Assembly (NCBI GenBank): GCA_010909165.1
Contig: MU008168.1
Location: 62,001-126,000 of the forward strand
DNA length: 64,000 bases
Direction of reading: 5' to 3'
Source: Anthoceros angustus
Taxonomy: Eukaryota > Plantae > Anthocerotophyta
Of this stretch, positions 35,181-49,100 are shown in pieces. The notes under the pieces were generated by a model. That model had not been told where the DNA came from, searched no databases, and saw nothing but the letters and a program-made list of their open reading frames with translations. Both the position numbers and the translations under genes were made by a program. Numbering within the stretch: the stretch's first letter is position 1; each line of letters begins with the position of its first letter.

Positions 35181-37061
35181 ATGGCGACGAAGACGGGGTA
35201 TGCCGTCCTGTTGCTGTCCATTGTGTTCGTTATCCTGGCACCTCGAGGTACAGCAGGCAGTGTTGTTTGAGCTCTTGCATTCACATTTTCGAGTTCCGGA
35301 ACTTGTGCAACTTGCAATGTCATAGCTTGATCAATGCGCCAATTTTTGCTTCTTTCATGCAGATGTGGTGGTAGCTCAGCCCAAACCAAGTCCGTGGTCC
35401 TCTCCGATTCCCGGCCCGGGTGTGGATTCACCTCCTGCTCCTCCTCTAGGATCGCCGCCGTCTCCAGAACCTGAACCTGGAGAAGATTTTCCGCCGGAGG
35501 AATCTTCGCCAGGGGCATTGCCGCCGTCGTCGTTCCATGATGGGGAACCGCAGAATATCGTCTGGTGTGCACTTCCTGGAGAAGCAGGGAAGTGCACCAA
35601 CCTTATGTCCCTGTTATCTCCTAAGGACGGGTCAAGATGGAGCTGGTACGATCCTTAACCACACTCGCCCGTCTTTGCACGCATTGCTGCAGTAGATTGA
35701 GGCCGCTCTGACAGGCGCCACTGCATCTTGTCAGTGTTCAGAGAGACAGCAAGATGGCTTGTTTGGATGCCATACGTAGCGGAGAAGCAGATCTGGTTTC
35801 GTTGGATGCAGGCTTGGCTTACACTGCACTTATGAACTACTCCATGAAGTCCCTGATGGCCGAGGAATATTGCTACCACCAGCAGTCGTATGATGCTCTT
35901 ATGGTCGTTAACAGGCAAATGTGTGATAAGAAGCCCACACTGAGCATCAAAGATTTCCGTGGCTTGAAGTCCTGCCATGCTAGCTATCAGTCTGCGGCCA
36001 GTTGGAACTATGCGGTGAACTTCCTACTCAGCGCGCGGTTGGAAAATATACTATCGAGCCCTCCGCTCAACGATCAAAAGGTTATCACTAATTTCTTTTC
36101 TCAGAGTTGTGCACCGTCTGACGATGGTCGAGGAATTTGCTCTGCCTGCAACAGCAGTGGTGCTGCTGCTGTGAAATGTGATTCGAGTAGCGTATATGCC
36201 GGATACAAAGGTGCTTTTCGATGCCTGGTGGAAGGGAAAGGAGACATTGCTTTCTTGAAGTCGGGCACTGCCCAGCTGTTCGCACAAGATGGTTTTCTTA
36301 CTCAAGATTGGTCTGTTAAGCCTTTATCGGATTTCATGTAAGCTCATCTTGCTGCACTGCCGTCACTTAAGCTATCCAGGCATGACGATTGGCAGTTTCT
36401 GTAGGTCGTTTTAAGTTCCTAGGTCGAGAGCTGTCTTTAGGCGGTGTGTCGTAGGCAGGGAGAATACTACTGCCTCGACCAAGACGACTCAGACTTGACC
36501 GCTCACAAATTTGCATGTCAGGTATCTGTGTCCAACGGGCGGGTGTAGGCCAATCAATGACGATCGTTCGACTTGCACGTAAGTTTCGTCTTCCACCTGG
36601 TGCTTACAAGTGTGAACACGCTGCCTTCTTGACGTATAACCTCTTTTCTCCAGGTTAGGCTCAGTGGCAGCAAACACAATCATGGTGCATAACTCCATTT
36701 CAAGCGAGAAAAAGTTTGCTATTGTGCACACCTTGTTGTTCGATGCCAGAAACTGGACTGTAGCACTTTTCAGTGGGAACAATGCCGACGATATTCTTTT
36801 GTCTGCGAGGTACTCTATGTTGCCGAAGGATGCTTGGTTCTACACTCCCTACGTGCATCTCGTAGTAATTCTATCAAAACTGATAGTAGAGATTTTGTGT
36901 GCAGCGCTGAGGGAATAGCCGTCGTGGACGAGCTCACAAAGGAGTACCTGGGTTTATCAGCAAACGTGTCGAGGAACATTCAACAGCTAAATGCTAATCT
37001 TCTCCAAGCCTCCGATCTGGACTACATCCCCAGTGAAGCCACGCAACTCAGCTCATCTTAA
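35181..37061 (+). CDS. Secreted single-lobe transferrin-like protein with Pro-rich N-terminal linker (multi-exon)
   Basis: Signal peptide; IVWCA...KC; CLDAIRSGEADLVSLDAG; SYDALMVV; GLKSCH...W; FFSQSCAP; YAGYKGAFRCLVEGKGDIAFLK; YLCP. These are the collinear transferrin lobe signatures. Confidence 0.9.
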
Positions 37062-37722
37062 GGATCCACTGCAATCAGTGTACTTTTGCCTTTTGATTTT
37101 TTTTTTTTGGCAGTTGAGGATTTCTCATGAATTTGTGTATTTTAGGTGGTGCAACTGGTATCGAGAGAACGACGTTGACAATTCTGGCATCTTTAGCTTT
37201 GATCACCTGTGGGTTCTGGTAGTGATTCACAGCTACTGGTATGTCGTCATTCATTGCCACATCTCAAGCCAGAAAAGGGCTGTAAGATTTGCCTTCCACT
37301 TGACAGTGTTCCATTTTACCGTGTTTAGGAAGGCGTGGGCAAACTGATAGGGACGCTTACCAGGACGAGCAGAAGGGTTGAAGGAAATTAGGTTACCGGA
37401 GCAGGTGTGTTTCTATTATTTAGGACTGTAGTTTCCCTTTGCTCAACCGCTTTGACGTCCACAACTAGCTTCAGGTGTGTGACTGTTCTCCAGAGGTGTG
37501 ACCATTCGCCCACTTGCAACGCAGGTGTCAGACATTTGAAGAAGGAAAGGAGGCGGAACCACACTATGATTATTGGATAATGTATGCGTTTTTTGGAATT
37601 GAGGCAACGGGATTGGCATTAATTATTTCTCCCCAGACATCCATACGCTCTTTGCGGCTTACAACGTGAAGCTAAAGCTACAAAAGCCAAGCCCAAGCTC
37701 CTTGCCTCTGCGTCTTACCATA

Positions 37723-38451
37723 TCACCTGTTTTTCTTCAACCATTCAATTATGCCTTTCTCGGCCTCGGTCATTTCTTGCTTGTTCCTGATGCTTCCCTG
37801 CAACGTCCGAAGCACCTTGAATGCAGGTGACGTGAAAAGACGTGAAACCCATACAGGAAACAGTAAGGAAAGAGGACCTCTACAAACTCGAAGTAGTCCT
37901 TGAAGTTGCGTTTGTTGTAACTCTCTAGGCGCTGCAGGGGACTCAATTAGAAAACGGCGGAGAGCCTGAAAAATAATTTCCGAAACCGAGGAGAGTAACG
38001 CTGTAGCTCACCTCTTTATCATATTTCGCCTTGTTCGCTCTCGTCCTCTCAAGCAGTCCTGCAAACACCATGCTCCACGATTGGCTCCAAACCATTGACG
38101 GATCTGGACTCCACGGACAAGGCGAAAGATTATACTGGGATTCACTCATGGTCGTTTCCAATGCCTACTCTGAATGAGCTCGTTCTTTGGCGCGGCTGGG
38201 CTTTCAGCTTCGTCCTGTGCCCCGGCAGGCGCGGGCGTGCCGAGCGTCATCATTCCCACCAACAAAGACGCAGCTGCATCCCGTCGGCTCACCCGAAGCA
38301 GCTCAATGTCCGGGAATGACGCCCTTGTGCCATGGACGCAGCTGACCTGCTGAGGCTGCTGCCGCGGAAGCCGCCGCACCGAGCTCCGCACGCCACCGGT
38401 TGTGTTGCAGATGGATGCAGTACCAACCGTGCTGGCCAGGAGCACCTCCAT
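37723..38451 (-). CDS. Conserved small plastid/thylakoid protein (At4g28025-like), 4 exons
   Basis: Transit peptide with SRR twin-Arg and hydrophobic stretch; LLERTRANKAKYDKE|RLESYNKRNFKDYFEFVE|GSIRNKQEMTEAEKGIIEWLKKNR*. Confidence 0.75.
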
Positions 38452-38864
38452 CGTTGGACAAGCCACGATCACAATTTCAGTCTCTCAGAGTATCACCTCT
38501 TTTCCTTCCTATTCCATGCTAAAGCGCCAAACGCGCGCATCTACACTTAAAATCTTGTTGTGATTGTAGAAAGGACGGCTAACCCAATCGATTACATCGG
38601 TTGGGTAGATAGTGCAACATGAAAACACACCACCAAGGCCTGAGGCTCCGCTCACAGAACCGAGACGTCGTTTGACCTAGACAGTAGATGTAGTAGTGCA
38701 GTATCACCTGTAACCCCCGTTGGTACCTCACAAAAACCAAGAAACGTCAGTTTCAGATCTCCGGAGTGAGCTTCCCTATCGGGGAAGTGGCATACTTTAC
38801 TGATAAAAAGGGTAGTTTGGGGAATTAATAACTTGAATCATCAGGAGACAAATTAGAGAGCCTC

Positions 38865-41276
38865 TTACACCAGGGGCTCCATCAGCTGCTCCATCTCAGC
38901 CGAGCCATGTACAGCTGCGTCAGGTCTTCCTCTCCCCCGTAACCAAGGCCAGCACACGTCAAAACATCCTGCAAATGTCGCACTTAAACCACCCAACGTG
39001 TCCACCCTGCGATCAGACTCTTCGAATTGTCTCGCCATTTCATCCATCCTCTCCCGCAGTTCTGCGGCCCTTTCATCTGCAACGCGTAATGCTCTCTCAG
39101 CTGTGGTGCGAGCGAGTATAGCAGCAGCTGACATTTCCTCCTTGGATCTGAGCTTGTTAGCTGTTTCTGACAGAGCCGTCCTGAGCTCCGACAGCTGCTG
39201 GTTGAGGGCCTCTACCTGCCGACAGCCAGAAGGCAATCAGGACATTGCAGCACTCCCTTTTGACTAAAGCGAAACAAATGGTATATTTAACAATAGGTAA
39301 AGCACGAGAGAGCACCTCAGTCTTCAATCTCTCTTCCTCTTCAGCAACAGCAGCTCCGGCTGCAGCTTCCTCGTGGGCTGCCTCTTTCCAGCGTATTACT
39401 TCTTCGTCTGCTGCAGTGAGATGCTCTTTAAGTGCTTTGACCTGCATACCTTACCAGACCTGCTTAGTATAGCCAGACAGCGAAATGTGCAGCTTGAACG
39501 CACCTTGCCAAGGGTTTCCAAACACTTGTAACACCTACCACTACCACCTGGCATGAATCAAGAGTGAGAGAAACCTGGTAGTGAAGATCAGCTTCTCGTT
39601 TCTCGAGCTGGATGATACGTGCTGTCCTCTCCGCAGCTAATTTCTTCAAGTCCTGGAGTTCAGCCCTGTAAAAGCATTGAGTACCAACGAGCTTACCTTA
39701 AGGTCTAACACTCCACACAAGAACTCGACAGGCTGCACAATCTGACGGAATTGCACACAGAGGGGGAAAGGTCAGTGACTGGCAACATACAGACCTCGTT
39801 TTCTGGAGCATGCTATCCGTGTTGACCTTTCCCTCCCTTAGTTCCTTAAGTTCGCTCTGAAGAGCTATCACCTATGTCACCAGAACAAGGTCACACGTCA
39901 AGAGCTGCGAGGCAGAAAAACACCACCTACGATGCAGCATGCCGTGAACAGAACAATACAGATTTTCGTCTAACCTGGAATTGCATATTGCCCTCCCCCT
40001 GGTCAAAAGCATCCAACAATGCATCCTCCGAGACATCCTTTTCTGGTCTCTCTAGCGATAGTTGTCGTTGCATGAGTGTCATTCTCAGTTCAGAGAGGGT
40101 TTTCAAAGTATTTTCCTTCTCTTCTAGTACAGTTTTGAGCTTTTCAGCTACCTCAATTTTCTCCTCCAACAAGTTTTGCTTGATGATCTCAGCATCCTCC
40201 TTAATTTTCTGCAATGACTCATCCTTCAATTTCCAGCAGGTACCAATCATATTCACAAGTTTTACAAACCCCTCTGCCTGCTCCTGTAAAATTTCAGGGC
40301 CGATATCCTCTCCACCCGCAACTGGAAGGCGAGGCATGGTCTCAGCATCAATTTCCATGAAACGCACAGTATCAAGCAAGCTTTTACCAACAGCGACAAT
40401 TATAGAAGTCTGCTGTGCAATGAGCCCGTCTTTCCGCTGAGTCTCTAGTTTTAGGTTCCGCTCCAACTCGTTCTTCTCTGCTGCAACTTGTTTCAACCTC
40501 TCAATTTCTTGACGACTCCGTTCACCCTCCAGTCTAAGCTCACTTGCAGAGGCCTCTAATTGCGAAAGCTCGATAGCATTGCTGTAATTCTGCTGTTCCA
40601 GCTGCTCATTCACCCGATCCCTCACTTGAGCAGCGGCATCACGCTGTCTGGTTAACTCCTCAACCTGCTGTTGCAACTCATCTCTCGCCTTCGCCGTAGC
40701 ATCCCGTTGCCTCACAACCTCTTCCACTACCTCTTCCATCCTCTTGCTGAACCCGAAGGCAATTGCCGCAACACCGGTGTACTTTGTACCGGAAGGCCTG
40801 GGCAGGCCCCCGGAAAATTTCTTCATCCCGCTAACCGACCCCGTAATTTTCTCTGCCATGCTAACCAGGAGCCGTGCTGTGACTTCTATTTCAGACCTCG
40901 CCGATTCTCTCAGCTTGTGAATATCATCCCTCTGCTTCTGCAACTCCTCCTTCTGCTTCAGTGCCTCCTCGAGCTGCCTAGCCAGCTCGCCCTTGACCCG
41001 CAGACCTTCATCCCGATGGCGCATGGCGTCGTCCCGATGCCTTGCCATTTCCTGCGCGCTTCCCTTAAGCCGTTCGAATTTGGCGCGAAGCTCATTCCGC
41101 TCAGATTCCGCTGCCGTGCGAGCTTGTTTTTCTGCTTCAAACTCTGCCCGCAGTACCCAGAGACTTTCTGCAGCCCCGACATTGTTAGACACGGGAAGCA
41201 CCGCTGGAGCCGCCTCCAGATCGTCATCCTCGAAATCACTCAAAGCTGCATCTTCCTCCTCCCCCGCACTTCCCAT
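38865..41276 (-). CDS. Long coiled-coil (paramyosin-like) plant protein, At1g24560-like, multi-exon
   Basis: MGSAGEEEDAALSDFE, GGLPR..KYTGVAAIAFG, EVIRWKEAAHEEAAAG, KEEMSAAAILAR, CWPW..AEMEQLMEPLV*. Confidence 0.8.
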
Positions 41277-41444
41277 CCTGCCTGCCCACCTATTGCCTCA
41301 AGATCCCCACAGAGCACACAGGCCCCTTAACAATCCTATAACTGAGCGGCCGCCGTAAGAAAAGACCCCCGTAAGAAACACGGCCGTGAAAAAGACAGCC
41401 GTAAAAGGATCGTAAAAAGACGAGGGTTAGAGCGCTCACGTACG

Positions 41445-41541
41445 ATTTGCATGATATTGGGGCTCTCACCTAAGTTTGCATGATTTTAGAGCATAGGATT
41501 TGCATGATTTTAGAGCATGGATTTGCATGATTTTAGAGCAT
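41445..41541 (+). repeat. Short tandem repeat GATTTGCATGATTTTAGAGCAT (~3-4x, 22-23 bp), preceded by CCGTAA-rich repeats at 41350-41420
   Basis: Read directly from the sequence. Confidence 0.85.
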
Positions 41542-41990
41542 AATATTGAATCATACACGCCGGCGGTGGTGGTGGCTCTTCAATGCTTGAAGATCGTTCA
41601 TAGATTCTTTTCGGAACATGTTCACTACCCGTCCACATTTATTGAATTATTTGGTACTGGAAACGGCGCATGCCACATGGGGTTGATGTGCGGTTCGAGT
41701 TCAGGGGTCAGGGGCTGGGAAAACGTCCTCTTCATCCCACGTCCTCTTCACTCGACTGGCTATCCGTATTCCATGGCCCCAGAATCAAAAAGGACCACCA
41801 TCTCATTCCTACCAGTCACGACCCTCACAAATTGCCCAGGACTGACTACACACAGTAGCAAACACATTAACTAGGGCCCGAGGATCGTAGCTAAACCAAA
41901 CCTCAATTACCTGCCGGACAATACAGTAAGACTTAGTAGCATGACTAAGTTTCAGCAGTATGTCAAAGTCAAGATAGGGTCAACTAGTTC

Positions 41991-44900
41991 TCAGAATCGG
42001 CTCCCTGTCCTCGTCAGGCTCACCATGCGACCACCGGCATCAGCTGTGGCTCCTCTGGCTGCAGCAGCTGAGGATACGGGAGCACTCTGATATCTACCGA
42101 CACTACTGTAAGCATCCTGATACCGAGTGCTCTGATACCCTGATGAAAAGTTGCCCACACCCCGGGCACCTGCCTGTGAGTTACGCTGATCCCTGTAAAA
42201 GCCTCCTGCCGCACCTGTTCCAGACTGAGAGCGGTTTTGGTTACCACCAGCTCTTCCTCCACCATAGTTTCCACGTCCTCCGGCCCCTCCTGCAGATCCA
42301 CCCCTGTCCCCAAATGCGCCACCTGAAAACTCTCCCGGACGTCTGCCCTGACCTCCTGAAAACTCTCCTCCACGCCTGCCAGAGGTGGCACCAGCATAAT
42401 CTCCTTGGCCCCCCTCCTTTCTCCTGCCACCCAAATTGTCACCACCTCCCCCTGTGCGGGCATCAAATGCCCTCTCATTGCTGTCCACCAGAACTGTAAG
42501 CTTCTCCGCAAACTGTGCAGCCAAAGCTTGAAGCCTGGTAGGCTCCACATTGTGAGTGACAATTGTTTTTGTAGGCTGATCCCAACTGGCATGCAGCTCC
42601 TCTGCAATCATCATCTTGCTGATCACACTGTGAACCAGATACTCAGGAAGGTCAAAGATGGCTGTCAACTGCTCCAAGCTGAGTGAATCATAGCAGGAAC
42701 AGAAAGTGAACAAGTAAGTCCGCAGTCCTTCCTCCTGAATCTTGCTCTTCAGCATGTTAAGAACGAACTCACGCTTGGGAAGCATCTTCCAGACATCCAG
42801 ACACTGCACAACCTCAACTGCCTTTTGCCAATTGCCCTTTGCCAAAGCCCTTGTAGCTGCCATGACATGGTCCCTGACATTTTCAGGCGGGCCTGTAAAT
42901 GTCTGCCTTTCATTGATGTCCAACAAACGCCGGAAGGGCTTGCTGAGAACTTTTCTCTTCACGTCGTGAGCGTTGGCAGCCATATTGGGAACTTCAAGAA
43001 GCATGGCGCAGATGAGGTGGACAGCTTCCAGTAGTTCCAGATTGATATGCATGTGGAAAGGCATCTGCCTCCTGCGCTCAAGCTTCTCCTGTACACATGA
43101 AATGTCAGCACACGAAATTTTCAGTCAGCTTCATGTGAGCATAACGCTACAATAAACTCAACATCCCAAGACTTGAAATGTTACGCCTGAATACCTGCTC
43201 TGGATTCTTTTCGTGATATCTGCTTTGCGAAACACCCTGTGCCAGCAATTCCTTCACCCGGCCACCAGCATAAAGTTCGGAAAGACAGCTGTGGGCATCG
43301 TTTATCAGTGACGAGCGGAAAGCACAGAGGCCTAACTGTGCCATGGCACGATTGAAGAGAATCTGAGTAGAAATGTCCATCTGCTGTACACTGTCCTGGA
43401 GATGGCTCATCAACAGCAAATCTCTAGCAGTGTGGAACTCCTCTGAAATCGCATGGTGGTATATGTCACACAGCATGGCCCTAGCTTTGGTGCGCTCTTC
43501 CCCATGCTTGTATATTATTCCAACAAGCTGATCCATGATAGTTCTGCTATTTTCAGGGAAGACTGGTCTGCGCGAAACAAGTTCTGGAGTGGGTACAAAG
43601 GACGTCGGACCTCGTGACTCAGTTGCTGGCTTGGCATCTCCAGCTACCCTTGCTTCTACGGAAGGAGCTACCCCTTCGTCATCCTCTTCCTCACCATCAG
43701 CCACTTCAATGTCAGTGGCTGCAATGTCCAAGTGAGCTTGGGCCTCAGCAAGCTTTCTCATTGCCTCATAGATCTCCTGCGGCTTGTAATAAATATGCTC
43801 AACTCGCCTCAGAGCAACCCTTGAAGCTGCTTTCAAGTCACCAATGTGCTCAACATATGCCTGCACATTCTGAGCAAGCACCATAAACAGAGGCTCATCT
43901 CTCAGCCTTTCAACGTACTCCTTTGTATGTGGATCTATACACTGCAAGCTCTTGAAAAGCTCATCATCGATGCGCTCCAGAAAGGCAACAACGTTCCCCC
44001 AGACATGGATGGGACCATCATAGTCGGCAGCCTTTTGAGTGTCGTTCTCCGCTTCAAGCTCTGGAGCCTCATCCATGGTGATGTTTGGGTACTGGTGAAG
44101 AATATCCAGAATGACAAGCACATTCTGCACACACTTCTTCCAGACCGAAATAGGCATATGCGTATTGAGGCTCGGATTCACATCAAACTGCGCTGAGACT
44201 ACATGCACCATCACCTCAAGCTTCTGCGCAGGCGTTTTTGCCACTCGCGAAAGGTAGGCAAGCTGCTCAACTTGTTCGGCCCTGTCAGTTCCTTTCCTAC
44301 CTCGAGCAGCAATGATCTCCTTGAGCTTCTTATCCACCATATCCCATGTGATCTCGCTAGGATCCTTGTTGAACCTCTTGTCATTCAGCCTTTCCCTTTT
44401 CCCCTTCTGTTTTTCCCATTCACCATCTTCGTCTGCATCCTCACCCTCCTCCTCAGAATCCAATCCGCCGGCAATCTGAGCAGGTTCCTCATCACTGTAG
44501 TTCTCCAAGCCCTCATCCTCGTCCTCATCCTCCTGCTCCTGCTCATCTTCGGATTCCGGGTTGGCCCTCAAATTGGCAATCTGAACCTCGTACAGCTTAT
44601 TATTCTTCTTCAGCTTCTGCTTCATGTAGTTGAGAGCCTTGGAATTACTGGCACTCATTTTCTTCTTAGCATCTTTGTTGGCCAGCGCCTGCAAGAGAAA
44701 GTCTTCCAACAGTACAAGAGCCTTGATGTACAGGCGGGGCACAATGTCGGTCTCCGTTATCCGAAGCACCTTCTCCAGCTGCTTGTTAAGCTTCTCGAAG
44801 CTCTCCTGCAGACTGACCCAGTCGTTGATCTTCATGTGATTCTTCATCTGCTCAACCGTGGTGGCCATTTCGTCGAACCTCTTATCTTTGGTAGATCGAA

Positions 44901-45394
44901 CAACTCTCCGCAGGTCCTCAGAATCCTCGCTATCCCCCTCGAAGCCTTGGATGTACCTGGAAGCTTTCGCCTGGCCTCCATCGCCAACGGGTCCAACCTC
45001 CTCCTCGACCTCGCTCTCCTCCTCTTCACCTTCACTGTCATCGCTCTGTAGCATCTCACATCCAGAGACAAGTCAAACCAGCGAAACGCAACAAAGCTTG
45101 GAAATTCAGAAGAGCAAACCATCCCACTTCTCTGTCCAGATCCAAGCCCACACGGGCAGCGGATCAGGATGACATCCGTGAAATGCTGCAAATGACTGTC
45201 GCCCGATCGCCCCAGTGTAAACCTTCCTATTGGACAAAACCTAACTCCACCGCGCACAGCCTAAACCCCAGGCCACAGACAGAGCGCAGCTCCACACTAT
45301 CCTCCATACAGGGGCTTCCATTCAACAACAAGACATGAGAGGGAGCTCTGCTGTAACCCGAACGTACCTCGTGAGTCCAGAATCGGGACGCCAT
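41991..45394 (-). CDS. TIF3C1: Eukaryotic translation initiation factor 3 subunit C, 3 exons
   Basis: MASRFWTHE|SDDSE..., [64 protein letters not shown] domain, Gly/Arg-rich tail. Confidence 0.97.
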
Positions 45395-46113
45395 GGCTGA
45401 GAGCTGTCGAGACAAACGGCGCAACACAACGACAAACCTGCGCTGCCGAGAAGAGCCAGCCGCACTAGAACGGCGAGAAAAGGAAGAGTGTCGGCCAAGC
45501 CGAGCCCTAAGAACGCCTGGGACTGCTTTTGTGTTTAGACTGCTTTTCATTTACTGGGTCCTGTCCATTTACGTCATAAACTTGTCTTTGGCCTGCAAAG
45601 GAAAGCTGTTACACTCGCACCCAGATAATTCCTGGTTATATCAGCCTATTCATAGACACCTCAGATGGTACTCAGTAAATCCGATACATTAGTAACATGA
45701 CGCTGATACTTTTCCATCTTTTCTTTTGACACGTTACTTAATAACGGCATCCCGTAATAACGCTTGCGTAAGAGGGATTACGAACGAGGACAAACAGTAA
45801 TGTCTACAGGGTTTACAGAACCCAGAAGAGTGAACAATGCAAACCGAGACGCATAAGCACGGGCCTTGCACAGTACATATCACTTACAACTGCTGCCGGG
45901 GAAAGGCAGATGTGGTGACATAGGTCACGACTGCAATGGAACTAAGATAAGGCAGCGCTCGGGAAGTATTTGCTCTAAAGCTGCTTAACCAGTTTCCACA
46001 GATTTCACATAATCTAGCAAAGGAGCAAGCTCGAAGAAGAGCTGTGCACCGCAGAGTGCCGGCTTAAATCTTGCTCCACAGAGACTAGCAAGCATCCGGA
46101 GCCTAGATCGATC

Positions 46114-49100
46114 CTAGGCCTTCATGTTACCAAGACACAAGTATTTCACCTGCGATGGACAACCAACAAGGCAACAATTCAATTTCTCGCAGAAGCTGAA
46201 TTCCAGGGCCACCGAACCAAAAGCTAAGGCGTACACCTCCGCCTCTGCAAAGTGAGCGAGGGAACACCTCTAGGTACTCGTCGATCCCGTATTTCGAACC
46301 TTCTCTGCCGAGGCCGGATTCTTTCACACCTCCGAAAGGAGCAACCTGTAGCAGCCAAAAGCGAAATGTCACACGATCATGTGCAATGATAACCGCTCAA
46401 ATCAGCTTAGACATGCCGAGATGGACACCTCATTAGATATGATCCCTTCATTCAAACCGACCATCCCGTATTCCAGAGCTTCTGCAACTCGCCAGGCTCT
46501 GGAAATGTTCTCCGTGAAGATGTAAGATGCCAAGCCTGTAGAAGCAATCGGAGTCAGTGCTGTCGGGATCTCGGGTAAGGCTGAAATGAGGAAAACCAGA
46601 AACACATGTACCGAATTCTGTGTCGTTTGCCATCCGAATACCCTCATCATCAGTTTTAAATCGAATAAGTGGTGCCACTGGCCCAAAGACCTCCTCCCTG
46701 CAAGTACAGTATAAAAAAAAGGAACTGAGGGGATTGTACCTTCGATTCCAAACCGCCTTCATATATCCGCAAAGAAGAGACAAAATATGAACCTGGATAT
46801 AAGCATATCGTCAGTGGCATCTGCAAGAACTGTTGGCTCATAGAATGTGTATCCTAGCCCGTGTCGTTTCCCACCGGTTAACACTTTAGCCCCCTGCGCA
46901 AGTATAAAATGCCATTGACACAGAACTGTGGGCCACCAACTAAAAACTGCAACCCCGCTTGTGCACCAAAGAGCTGTGATTCAACGCCTTTGTGGGTGGA
47001 GGAAGATTTACCTTAGATACAGCATCTGTCAGATGTTTTTCAACCTGAACGCACCAGGAAAATTCAAAAATGAAGATGAGAACACCAACCAAAGATGGTT
47101 CCAGACAATAGCGTATCAGCGCAAGTAGCAGTGAAATGTTCAGATTTTCACCTTCACAACAGCTGCCTCATTTATCAAGGGACCCTGTTAATGCACCTTC
47201 CACACAACCACACCACATACATCAGACACGTTCCCATGAACATTTAGCATCTAACTGAATCCTGCCAGGGCTTACAGAGCCAGAAGTGGCCCAAACATTT
47301 AAATACAGAGCTACTCACCTGACTAACTCCATCTTCCAGACCGTTGCCAACTTGCAGTGTCGACACAGCCTTGACAAAAGCCTCTGCAAATCTTGAGTAG
47401 ATGCCTATGTTGTTCAGCATGACACAACGAGCAAGGTCAGGATTTCTTGGACGCACTACATTAGAATTTCTTGGAAACTACACAAGAGAGTTTCAAATAG
47501 TGGACAGCCAACAATCATCCAAAGTGTTGCAGTCAGCACTTTCTTTGCCTACCTACTTTCTTACAACAGACACCATCCTGTTCCGAAGGGGCATGAAGAT
47601 GGATAACAGGAGCTCATACCATCCTGCACGAGAATTCTGTTGACACAAACACATGTTTGACCTGAATTTCGATATTTGGCTGCCAGCTGTAACAACAGGA
47701 AGTTTGGATGAGATTCAAGGTGTAAGCTCAATTCTGCCACAAGCAACAGATGCCACAAATGGGTGAAATTTGTGGTTGAACAACGATCAACTTACAGCAC
47801 CCTTCACTGCGACATCAATGTTGGCATCGTCGAAAACAATACAAGGTGCATTCCCACCTAACTCCAGAGATACCTGAGAGATTCATCCAGCATCCTGTTA
47901 CAATAAGGCTACAGGGGTTTTTTAGTACACAGCAGGGAAGACAGTTGCACACCTTCTTCACAGTTGCAGCGGCTCCAGCCATTAGGTATTTCCCAACAGC
48001 AGTTGACCCCGTGAAAGAAATCTTACGAACCTGTGAGCAATATGATACCCTAAATGAGGATCACATCAGTTCTACGAAGGCTATAGAGGCAGTAACAGCA
48101 CTTTTCGAGAGGAAGTTGGGTGAGCAGCTGATGTATCAACCTTAGTACTCTGCAACAGTGCAGATCCTATTTCGACGGCATCCCCCATTACCACATTAAC
48201 CACACCCTGCATCCACAGAGGACGTCGCAACTAACATCAACCGTTCATCGAAGAACAATTGGGGAACTGAAAGACAAAAGTAAACCAGCCAACAAGGTAA
48301 CCAGACCTACAGATGTCTCATATACAAGGGGTGCAGTAAGCAATCGAGAGAGAAGGATCTAGAGACAGTACTGGCGGTATGCCTGCATCAATAGCTAGTG
48401 CTGCGACAGCCAATGCTGTTAAGGGAGTGAGCTCGGCTGGCTTGATGACGACTGTACAACCAGCAGCAAGAGCAGGGGCAACCTGCAAAGCAATCCCCAA
48501 ACACCAATAAGGAACACTATGAATGTACCTAATCAGATCACATGAAGCAGTCTGAGACCAAATGATACATCATCACCATCAAAAAATTCAAGGGAAAAAA
48601 TCAAATTCACACACCTTACGGGTGATCATTGCTAAAGGGAAGTTCCAAGGCGTGATGGAGCCTACAACACCAACAGGCTGCACAGGTCGGTAGAATCAAG
48701 TATTGCTCTCAAGCTGCTACATTAAATCGAGGCTACAGCATGATCAGATTCTAATTCTCAGCAGTGAGACAGCAACAAGATCTGTACCTGCTTAAGCACA
48801 AAGATCCGTTTGTCAGCTGAAGGTGCTGGTATAATGTCACCATATATTCGCTTGGCCTCTTCCGCAAAGAATTCCACAAAGCTAGCCCCGTAGGTCACCT
48901 GGTTGTGAACAGTTTAGTACCTACGCCGAGCACCCGTAAGCAAATGGACAGGAGCAATCGCATCTGCGAACCTCTCCCAATGCTTCCTTAAGTGGCTTTC
49001 CTTGCTCAAGGGTGATCAGCTGTGCAAGGCTGACATGCTGCTCCATCAACGAGTTGTACCTTCAATTCACAGAACCGACGAGAATTTAGGATCCATACAC

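Noticed and set aside
45150-45240. snoRNA in eIF3c intron 1 (UGUCAUC-CUGA)
   Set aside because: No credible C box or terminal stem, and only a 7-nt complement to U6.
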